Origin: a bacterium
Lineage (GTDB): Bacteria > Bdellovibrionota_C > UBA2361 > SZUA-149 > JAGRAN01
DNA: 60,098 nucleotides
NCBI GenBank assembly: GCA_030431555.1
Contig: JAUIIP010000002.1
Location: 1-60,098 of the forward strand
Reading direction: 5' to 3'
A model generated the notes under the pieces. That model was not told where the DNA came from. It searched no databases and saw only the letters and a program-made list of their open reading frames with translations. This document shows, piece after piece, positions 34,634-43,041 of this stretch. Made by a program: the position numbers and the translations under genes. Each line of letters opens with the position of its first letter. Positions within the stretch are counted from its first letter, which is position 1.

Positions 34634-36010
34634 TTACAACGGCTGAACTGCCAAGCCAGCCTTGAACTCCTCAATCGCTCCAAGCGCATTCTCAGCAGCA
34701 GCAAGCCGCCGATCTCGCTTCGAGAGGCGCCGCCCCTGCTTATCTTTCTTGGAACTATGAGTGTAGGACGGCATTAGTCCAAAGCTTATATTCATCGGCT
34801 GAAAGTCGCGGCGCTCAACGTCGCTGATGTAATTCATCAAAGACCCAATTGCGGTCTGAGCGGGGAACTGAACAGTGCTCTCCCCGTTAATCAACCTGGC
34901 GGCATTAATACCAGCGACGAGACCACCGGCCGTCGACTCTACGTAACCTTCGGTACCTGTAATTTGTCCGGCAAAGAACAAACCGGGTACCGAACGAAAC
35001 TCAAGAGTTGCATTCAAACATTTGGGTGAATCAATGAAAGTGTTTCTGTGAACCGAGCCTAGCCTAACGAATTCGGCATCCTGCATACCACTTAACGATC
35101 TAAAAATTCGCGTCTGCTCGCCGTGACGCATGCGGGTCTGCATCCCAACCATACTCCACAAAGTGCCCGCTTTGTCGTCCATACGCAGCTGCATAACTGC
35201 ATAAGGTTCTCGGCCAGTTTTCGGATCTTTTAAACCAACCGGCTTGAAAGCGCCGAAACGCAGGGTATCGGGGCCGCGCGAGATAACATCCTCGATCGGC
35301 ATACAGCCTTCGAAGGGCCGAAGATTCTCGACCATATCCGATTCAACTTCTTCATGACCGCCGAATTTTTCGGCCTGAGCTACTTCCTCTACAAACGTGT
35401 AGTATTGCTCCTTAGTAAATGGAATGTTGAGGTAATCATCGCCCTCGCCTTTGTCGTAGCGCGAAGCCCGAAACATTTGCTCCAAGTCCAGTGATTCGTT
35501 GAGCACTATCGGACTGATTGCGTCGAAAAAAGCCAAGCTGCTGGCACCGGTTACTTTTTCGATTGCCGAAGCAAGAGAGGGAGAGGTCAGCGGACCGGTC
35601 GCCACGATCAGCGGCGCTGCAGCGCCGCACTCCGGAAGTTCAGCGATCTCCCCTTCTCTTAAGCTAATCAGCGGATTCGAGCGAATTCGCTGGTCGACGT
35701 ACGCGGAGAATAGCTCGCGATCCACAGCCAGAGCACCTCCCGCCGGAACGGCACACTCGAGCGCGGCCTGCATAATCAGCGAGCCCATAGACTGAAGCTC
35801 CGCTTTAAGCAGCCCTACGGCATTGCTAAGATCCGCCCCGCGAAAGGAATTTGAACACACTAATTCCGCGCAAGAACCGGTCTTATGAGCTTTGGTCATC
35901 TTGGCCGGGCGCATCTCAAACAGCTCGACGCTCACACCTCGGCGCGTCAACTGCCAGGCCGCCTCACTTCCAGCAAGGCCCGCCCCAATAATTCTTACGC
36001 ACTTACTCAT
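34634..36010 (-). CDS. trmFO: Methylenetetrahydrofolate--tRNA-(uracil54-C5)-methyltransferase
   Basis: IIGAGLAGSEAAWQL FAD-binding motif, AELVCSNSFR, and overall length and layout typical of TrmFO (Gid). Confidence 0.9.
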   Translation of the reverse strand: MSKCVRIIGAGLAGSEAAWQLTRRGVSVELFEMRPAKMTKAHKTGSCAELVCSNSFRGADLSNAVGLLKAELQSMGSLIMQAALECAVPAGGALAVDRELFSAYVDQRIRSNPLISLREGEIAELPECGAAAPLIVATGPLTSPSLASAIEKVTGASSLAFFDAISPIVLNESLDLEQMFRASRYDKGEGDDYLNIPFTKEQYYTFVEEVAQAEKFGGHEEVESDMVENLRPFEGCMPIEDVISRGPDTLRFGAFKPVGLKDPKTGREPYAVMQLRMDDKAGTLWSMVGMQTRMRHGEQTRIFRSLSGMQDAEFVRLGSVHRNTFIDSPKCLNATLEFRSVPGLFFAGQITGTEGYVESTAGGLVAGINAARLINGESTVQFPAQTAIGSLMNYISDVERRDFQPMNISFGLMPSYTHSSKKDKQGRRLSKRDRRLAAAENALGAIEEFKAGLAVQPL

Positions 36011-36169
36011 GGAATATCATAGGTCTAATTAGGCAGTCTTTAACTCTGATATTAAATTCAAAGCCCCGCAACGCTAGACTTTTGTCTGCAAAAACCGATA
36101 GAAGGACTACCACAAATCGTATCATTCGCTAAACTTCCCACTACCGCTTTCACTGAAAGGAGAAAATCG

Positions 36170-37450
36170 ATGGCGATTGAGGTAACCATGCCGCAGCTCA
36201 GCGACACGATGAGCGAGGGCAAAATTCTTAGCTGGCTGGTTAAAGAAGGCGACAAAGTCGCGAGGGGGGACGCTCTGGCCGAGGTTGCCACCGACAAAGC
36301 GGACCTAGAAATCGAAAGTTTCAACGAAGGCACTCTGCTAAAGATTCACGCTCCCGAGGGAACGACCGTCACTGTCGGCTCCGTGATCGCGCATATCGGC
36401 GAGGAAGGTGAAAACGTTCCTGAAGTTAAGCAGGACAAGTCTTCTACCGAAGAGTCTGAATCCGAGTCCAAATCAGCTTCAACCGAAAACGAACCAACAC
36501 AGCAAGAGCGATCTTCGCAGGCCCCGCAGGCAAGTGCCGCGAAAGACAATGGCTCCGGCGATTCAACTGACTCTAACGGCAGTCGGTTGAAAATTTCGCC
36601 TCTGGCAAAGAATCTAGCGCTCTCACACGGGATTGATGTAACGCGCTTAGAAGGGAGCGGCGAAGGTGGCAGGATCGTCAAGCGCGATATTGAAGCTGCG
36701 ATTAATAAGCCGCAGGAACAGTCCTCCACTGCTGCCGCGCGCCAGTCCCAGCCTTTGCCGGCTGCCGCACCGGGATCCACAGCGCCGCTTAGCTCAATGC
36801 GCCAGACGATAGCTAACCGAATGGTTCAAAGCGTTAACGAAATTCCGCACTTTTTCATGACCACGAAGGTGCTGATGGACGAGTGTATAAAGGTGCGCTC
36901 CAGCTTAAAGCCGTTGCCGCAGTATGAGGGGATTACCTTCAATCATTTGATAGTCAAGGCTGCCGCGCTGGCGCTAAAGACCCATCCCAGAATTAACGCA
37001 GCCTATCGTGACAACTCACTTGTTCAGCCGGGAGGAATAAACATCGGTGTTGTCACGGCACTCGAAGATGGCCTGCTTATTCCGGTCGTGAAAAATGCGG
37101 ATCAGCTGGCTTTAGCTGACATCGTATTTGAGGCGCGCGGCCTGGTGCAGCGCGCCCGCGCCGGACGTCCCAAGGGCGAGGACCTAACAGGCGGAACGTT
37201 TAGTATTTCCAATGTCGGCAATCTCGCGGTTGAGAGTTTCACTGCGATCATTAATCCGGGCCAAGGTGCGATTCTAGCGGTAGGTGCGATAGAAGAGGAA
37301 CCTGTAGTCGTGGAGGGCGAGCTAGTTATCGCCTCCGTGATGCGACTCACTCTGTCAGTAGATCACCGAATAATAGACGGTGTCGTTGGTGCTCAGTTCC
37401 TCACCGAGATGAAGCGCCTGCTCGAAGATCCTGTAGTTCTGCTCGCGTGA
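36170..37450 (+). CDS. Dihydrolipoamide acyltransferase (E2 component of a 2-oxoacid dehydrogenase complex)
   Basis: Lipoyl domain (EVATDKADLEIES), E3-binding domain (ISPLAKNLALSHGIDV) and catalytic DHRIIDG. Confidence 0.9.
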   Translation: MAIEVTMPQLSDTMSEGKILSWLVKEGDKVARGDALAEVATDKADLEIESFNEGTLLKIHAPEGTTVTVGSVIAHIGEEGENVPEVKQDKSSTEESESESKSASTENEPTQQERSSQAPQASAAKDNGSGDSTDSNGSRLKISPLAKNLALSHGIDVTRLEGSGEGGRIVKRDIEAAINKPQEQSSTAAARQSQPLPAAAPGSTAPLSSMRQTIANRMVQSVNEIPHFFMTTKVLMDECIKVRSSLKPLPQYEGITFNHLIVKAAALALKTHPRINAAYRDNSLVQPGGINIGVVTALEDGLLIPVVKNADQLALADIVFEARGLVQRARAGRPKGEDLTGGTFSISNVGNLAVESFTAIINPGQGAILAVGAIEEEPVVVEGELVIASVMRLTLSVDHRIIDGVVGAQFLTEMKRLLEDPVVLLA

Positions 37451-39063
37451 GTCGACCAATGAAGCAAGACATGCGATTTTTCAAGATTGTTGACCGAGAA
37501 GGGCCTGAAGACTTCGAAACGACTTTGGCCTTTCAGCAGACGCTGCTGCGCAGCAAGGTTGAAGATCGAAACCTCCTGGACACGCTTGTCTTGGTGGAGC
37601 ACGAAGAAGTCTATACCGCGGGGCGCGGATGCGAATTTCAATCACCCAGCGATGAAGGCGCGTCGAAGGTTCCTTGGGTTGAAATCGGCAGAGGCGGCCA
37701 GGCTACGTTTCACGGTCCGGGACAGCTTGTTGCTTACCCTATCTTCGATCTGGAACACCACGGCCGAGACGTTCATGTTTTCCTGCGAATGCTCGAGGAA
37801 ACTATAATACGCACGCTGGCCGAGTTTGATGTAGTCGGTCAGCGCCGGGACGGCCTAACTGGCGTCTGGGTCAACCACAACGAGCAATGGAAGAAGATTG
37901 CCTCCGTTGGAATCGGTGTACGGCGCTGGGTGTCGCACCACGGTCTCGCGCTGAATGTTTCGCCAAACCTCGACTACTTTCGAGCTATCTCAGCCTGCGG
38001 CCAAGATGGAAGCGTTATGACCTCGCTTGAGGAAATTAGACGCTCGATGGACCGCGTAACGCCGAGCATGGCTGAAGTAAAACAGGCGTTGTCACTCGCT
38101 TTCGCCGACGTGTTCTCGATGGCACTCGACGAAGAGAAAAGCCTCCTTGCCGGACAGCGTCCCAGGTGGGTGCGCGCGAAAGCGCCCGGCTCGCCGGAAT
38201 TTCTTGAAACGCTCGATATCGTTAAAAGTAAAGGCCTGGTCACCGTCTGCGAAGAAGCGCGCTGCCCTAATATGGGCGAATGCTGGTCGCACCATACGGC
38301 GACCTTCATGATCATGGGCGAGCTGTGCACAAGGCGCTGCGCCTTCTGTTCAGTAAAAGACGGGCTGAAGGCAAACTTAGAGCCGCTCGACATATTCGAA
38401 CCGCTCAAGGTTGCCCACGCCGTCAAAGAACTCAACCTTAAACACATTGTCGTCACCTCGGTAAACAGAGATGATTTGGAAGACATGGGCGCTGCTCATT
38501 TCCACCGCACAGCCAAAGCTATTCGAGACGCAAATCCCGAATGTAAAATAGAGTTTCTAATTCCGGACATGCGCGGCCGCAGAGAGCTGGTTGAGTCAAT
38601 TCTCCAGGACGAACTCGTTCACGTTCTAAACCACAACATCGAAACCGTCCCTCGGCTATATAGAACTGTAAGGCCTGGTGCGAAATTCGATCGCTCTTTG
38701 GACATCTTGCGCTGGGCAAAAGAGATTCATCCAGCCGTGAAAACGAAGTGCGGCATTATGGTTGGACTGGGGGAACGCCGTGACGAAGTAATTGAAGTCA
38801 TGGAGAGGCTGCGAGAAATCGACGTGAGCATTATGACAATTGGGCAGTATCTTCAGCCTTCAAAGAAGCAGCTTCCCGTCAAACGCTACGTTACTCCCGA
38901 AGAGTTCGAAGATTACCGAGTTGAGGGACTCAAGCGGGGTTTCTCGTTTGTTGAGTCCGGCACATTCGTCAGAAGTTCTTATCACGCTTGGAAGCATACC
39001 GAGGAAGCTGAGCTGGCCGAGCAGCGCGCCGCTGAGTCCGTCCACACTCACGCAGCCTTGTAG
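37447..39063 (+). CDS. Fusion protein: octanoyltransferase LipB (N-terminal) plus lipoyl synthase LipA (C-terminal)
   Basis: RGGQATFHGPGQLVAYP (LipB) and CEEARCPNMGECW ... CTRRCAFCSV (LipA Fe-S/radical-SAM cysteines) lie in one uninterrupted 538-aa frame. Confidence 0.85.
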   Translation: MSRPMKQDMRFFKIVDREGPEDFETTLAFQQTLLRSKVEDRNLLDTLVLVEHEEVYTAGRGCEFQSPSDEGASKVPWVEIGRGGQATFHGPGQLVAYPIFDLEHHGRDVHVFLRMLEETIIRTLAEFDVVGQRRDGLTGVWVNHNEQWKKIASVGIGVRRWVSHHGLALNVSPNLDYFRAISACGQDGSVMTSLEEIRRSMDRVTPSMAEVKQALSLAFADVFSMALDEEKSLLAGQRPRWVRAKAPGSPEFLETLDIVKSKGLVTVCEEARCPNMGECWSHHTATFMIMGELCTRRCAFCSVKDGLKANLEPLDIFEPLKVAHAVKELNLKHIVVTSVNRDDLEDMGAAHFHRTAKAIRDANPECKIEFLIPDMRGRRELVESILQDELVHVLNHNIETVPRLYRTVRPGAKFDRSLDILRWAKEIHPAVKTKCGIMVGLGERRDEVIEVMERLREIDVSIMTIGQYLQPSKKQLPVKRYVTPEEFEDYRVEGLKRGFSFVESGTFVRSSYHAWKHTEEAELAEQRAAESVHTHAAL

Positions 39064-39080
39064 TAGGGCCGGACAGAGGT

Positions 39081-42000
39081 ATGACGACTTCGCAGCCAGC
39101 TCCTCGCCGTCGGGTTTCGGTGGCGCGGCTTATCATTGTGCTGCTGATTCTTGCAGCGATCCTTGCCGTTCGTCCAATCGTCAACGACAACCTTCGCACA
39201 ATTGTATCTGACGTATTTACCGAAGGGACCGGCTGCAAAACCACGATTGAAAGTGCGCGGCTGATATTCCTCCCCATTGGCGCAGAAGCTGAAAACGCCG
39301 CAATCCGCTGTCCGGGAGAAGACGAGAACAGCGGCTTTACAGCCGAGAAGGTAACGATCCGGCTCAACCCGCTCAAACTCCTCGCGAAGAAGATTTTTCT
39401 TCAAGACCTTCATATAACAGGCGCTAGAGTCAAAAGCATCGGAACTGAATCCTCGCTAATTAGAGTGGTAGAGTTTGTCACGGACAAACCAACGCCAAAG
39501 CCCCAGTCAGCGAGAAAGTGGCACTCATTTATCTCCTCCGGCTGGAAAGTCGAGCTTTCCGGCTTAGAAATCAGCTCCGCATCCGCATCGGATTTCGATA
39601 CACCGCCGCGCGGCGGCAACACCGAGCTATGGCAGTCGCCGGAGCTTATTATCGGTGTTGACGACTTTGTCTTTGCGTGGAAGGACGTTCGTTTTACCGC
39701 GACCCATACCGAACACAAATACGACTTCGCCAGACTTTTTGGACGCGCCGGTAGCTTCGGTATAAAACGCGGCGGCGCCGACGGCATTCTACTCGGGTAC
39801 CTCGACGCCGGAGTACAAATTGCAGACGGAAAACTCAAAGTTCTTCACGCCTATACCAGCTATGGCCCGCCTGCCGGCCAGCCTGAAGTTTCTCGACTAA
39901 CGGCTACAGGAGGGATGGACATTCGCGATCGATCTTACGACTTCCATGCACGCGCTGAACTTTATCCTCCATTTTTAGCGACTGTCATTCCCGGCGGTGC
40001 GAATTTTGTTAATAGCCAAGAGCTGAAGTCCACTATTGAGGGCGACGTTACGGGCAAATTAGCTGATCCGATCTTTAATGGTGGCTTCAATTTCAGGGTG
40101 TCGAAGCCGCTAGCTCTGTTCCAGCAGGAGGAATGCTCGCTTAAACGAATAGAATCCAAGATCAAAATCACCACCGACTATTTGCATTTGTATAACATTC
40201 AAGTCGATGAACTGATCACCAGTTCAGATGTTTCGTTGCAGCTTGAGGGAGACTACGCTTTCACAGCCGATCTTGATTACGCTGTACGACGGGAGTCGTC
40301 GCTAGTGGAAAAATGTTTAGCTGCTACCGATTACTCAGGTGAACAGTGGATGGACGTCACTTTACGAAATGCTGTGGCAAATTCCCGCGGCAATATTTCT
40401 GCCAGGGGCACGATGAGTCCGCTTTTTGCCGACGGCAGCATTCTTTCGCATTTCCACAACACGGATGTCAGCGACAAAGCCACCCTGCGAAGCAGCTTCA
40501 AGTACTCTGACGGGGCACTGCGAGTATCCTTAAAGGAGCGCGGAGACATCGCGCAGGTCCGCGAAACTCCTCTGCCGGAAGCAGATTCCGGAACCAGCCG
40601 ATCGACGGCTTTTCAGACAACTACGAATGCCAATATAGATTTAGCGCTGCTGTATGACTTTGCGTCGGGACGGCTTGAACTCGAACAGTGCCGACTCAAA
40701 CGATATCCGATGAGCAGGCTGCTTGCGCGGCTTGCACCATTCCTGCCCCAGCGCATCTTAGCCAACGCCAGTGATTTCGTAACAGACGAGACACTAATTG
40801 ATTTCAACTTAAAACTTGCAAGAAAATCGGCGAATGACCCGTGGGTTGGCGGTGGATCGCTCGGAGCTCGCCCGCTTGAGTATCACGGTTTCCCTATTGC
40901 GGGATTGGATGCTCCATTTTCAATTCGCGGCGAAAAGTTTTCACTTCCCGACATTTCAGCTTCCTCGAGCTTCGGCAAAATGAACGGCTCGCTCCAGCTG
41001 GGCAAGAATGATTCTATAGACGGCTCTTTTAGACTGGACGTGTTCGACCTGTCGTATGTCCCGTGGTGGAAGGACGTTATGCCGGACATCACTGCAGCCC
41101 TGCAAGGGATTGTGGAAGTTCGAGGCACAACTAATGACCCAAAAATCACGGGAGAGGTCCAAATTCAGCCCACAACTGATATGGACACCCCGATAGAACT
41201 TGTTTCATATGCATCATTCAAAACTAAAAAGGATGCGCTTGTTGGAACTGCGAAGCTATTCGGAGATCGCGGTTCGGCCGAGTGGTCCTATCCGCTGGGT
41301 TCGAATTCTAAAGCGCCGCTGAAGATCGATTTCAAAGCTGATGAGTTCCCTGTTGTCGCCTTGTTCCCGTCTCACATACGCAAATTACTTTCTGAACAGC
41401 CAACTAATCAAAGCGGCAGACTGACGGGACATCTCCGCTATGAAGCTCCGCCGCAAAGTTTAAGCCGAGGCAGCGGTGAACTGGTAATTGACAGTCTTCA
41501 CCTAAGCACACCTTCAGCACAAATCAAGAATGCGGAACCTACTCAGATCAAAATTGTTTCCGGAGCTTTTTCCATTCCTGACGCAGTTTTCCTGGCTAAC
41601 GATCGAGAGTTGGTAATCGGCGGCTCCGTCTCCCCCAACGATGGATGGAATCTGAGACTGAATTCTAATTGGGAGCTTGGCGCACTTACCTCAATGATCC
41701 GTGAGTTTGAGCAGCTCTCGGGTGATTTGGAAGTCTCAGCAGAAGTGAGCGGCCCGTTCGGCGATCCGAAGTTTGACGGTAAGTTGAAACTCAGAGGCGG
41801 TACCGTTTCGCTCAAGTTCGGTGATACTTTCGTCGGCGCTGATAGACTCGAAGCTGACGCGAGGCTGTCGGGAGACACGCTGCAGCTGCAAAGGCTCGAG
41901 GGCGAAATCGGACAGGGCCACATCGCCGCTCAAGGCCGACTGGATCAGCTGCTAAGCGCAAGCTCCAGAAACGGTGCGATTGAGATAGTTATGACCGGCG

Positions 42001-43040
42001 TCTCGGTCCAACCTTCAGACGTTCTCTCGGTGCGTTTCAGCGGCTATACGGACATAATTCTGCAGCCCAGCCTACCGCCACTCATTAAAGGCGAGATTGA
42101 AGTGCTCGGAGCTCTTTACGAGCGTAACGCGTCTTTGGGAGACGTTATTGAAGCCGCCCTCTCAATGTTGAGAGATCAGCAAGTTGCAAAAGCAAAGAGA
42201 AGTGTCGCAGCCGATCGCAACAGCGCTCGGCTTGACTTGCGATTACATGCCGACGAATCGCTTCAAATCGAAAGCGATATTCTAAAAGCAACCATGCGGG
42301 GCGATCTTCGAGTCGCAGGCACAACCTCACAGCCGGCCATAGAGGGTGATATCCAGGTGCTGGAGGGTTCGTTCGGCTTAAGTTCATCAAAGTTCGACAT
42401 TTTGAGCGGATCTATTTCGTTTCCCGACAACTCGCTGATCATCGACCCCGAAATAACATTCGCAGCGGAAACCGTCGTCCAAACTACATCAAGGGAGGAG
42501 CACAGAGTTCTCTTAACTATTTCGGGGACAGCTCGTCATCCTCAAGTCAACATGACCACCGACAGCGGGATGAGCGAGCGGGAAATCGTCGGCTTGCTCA
42601 ATATCGGCGGCTCGACAGGAAGCTTTTCCCTGCTCTCTTGGGATCAGGGACGCGATGATTATACCTACGCAGAACTGCTCAATCCGCGCAGCGACATCAG
42701 CCTTCAGGATCGGCTCAAGAGTCTGCTTGGTTTCAGCCGCTTCGAAATCGAGACGCGTAGGCGGGTAGAAACGAGTGAACTTGTTCCCCGGGTCTCAGGG
42801 TCTAGAGAGGTTACTCCCGACCTCTCATTCACCCTCTACTCTGACGTAGGCAACAGCTCCAACGAGCAGGGAGCCACGCTCGACTATGAGCTGACGCCGT
42901 ATCTCGGGGCTTTCGGCGAGTGGCGCAGTGAACCGATTACAAAGACTGAATCCTCGACTGGTGTTTTCGGGGGTGGAATAATTTTTAGAAGAAGTTTCCC
43001 TGGAACCGGAATAATTCCCGGCCAACTGGTGGAAGACTAG
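39081..43040 (+). CDS. tamB: TamB-like translocation and assembly module protein (AsmA-like, C-terminal DUF490-type region)
   Basis: 1319 aa. N-terminal signal anchor, a long beta-rich repetitive body, and a position immediately upstream of an Omp85 gene. Confidence 0.65.
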   Translation: MTTSQPAPRRRVSVARLIIVLLILAAILAVRPIVNDNLRTIVSDVFTEGTGCKTTIESARLIFLPIGAEAENAAIRCPGEDENSGFTAEKVTIRLNPLKLLAKKIFLQDLHITGARVKSIGTESSLIRVVEFVTDKPTPKPQSARKWHSFISSGWKVELSGLEISSASASDFDTPPRGGNTELWQSPELIIGVDDFVFAWKDVRFTATHTEHKYDFARLFGRAGSFGIKRGGADGILLGYLDAGVQIADGKLKVLHAYTSYGPPAGQPEVSRLTATGGMDIRDRSYDFHARAELYPPFLATVIPGGANFVNSQELKSTIEGDVTGKLADPIFNGGFNFRVSKPLALFQQEECSLKRIESKIKITTDYLHLYNIQVDELITSSDVSLQLEGDYAFTADLDYAVRRESSLVEKCLAATDYSGEQWMDVTLRNAVANSRGNISARGTMSPLFADGSILSHFHNTDVSDKATLRSSFKYSDGALRVSLKERGDIAQVRETPLPEADSGTSRSTAFQTTTNANIDLALLYDFASGRLELEQCRLKRYPMSRLLARLAPFLPQRILANASDFVTDETLIDFNLKLARKSANDPWVGGGSLGARPLEYHGFPIAGLDAPFSIRGEKFSLPDISASSSFGKMNGSLQLGKNDSIDGSFRLDVFDLSYVPWWKDVMPDITAALQGIVEVRGTTNDPKITGEVQIQPTTDMDTPIELVSYASFKTKKDALVGTAKLFGDRGSAEWSYPLGSNSKAPLKIDFKADEFPVVALFPSHIRKLLSEQPTNQSGRLTGHLRYEAPPQSLSRGSGELVIDSLHLSTPSAQIKNAEPTQIKIVSGAFSIPDAVFLANDRELVIGGSVSPNDGWNLRLNSNWELGALTSMIREFEQLSGDLEVSAEVSGPFGDPKFDGKLKLRGGTVSLKFGDTFVGADRLEADARLSGDTLQLQRLEGEIGQGHIAAQGRLDQLLSASSRNGAIEIVMTGVSVQPSDVLSVRFSGYTDIILQPSLPPLIKGEIEVLGALYERNASLGDVIEAALSMLRDQQVAKAKRSVAADRNSARLDLRLHADESLQIESDILKATMRGDLRVAGTTSQPAIEGDIQVLEGSFGLSSSKFDILSGSISFPDNSLIIDPEITFAAETVVQTTSREEHRVLLTISGTARHPQVNMTTDSGMSEREIVGLLNIGGSTGSFSLLSWDQGRDDYTYAELLNPRSDISLQDRLKSLLGFSRFEIETRRRVETSELVPRVSGSREVTPDLSFTLYSDVGNSSNEQGATLDYELTPYLGAFGEWRSEPITKTESSTGVFGGGIIFRRSFPGTGIIPGQLVED

Positions 43041-43041
43041 A

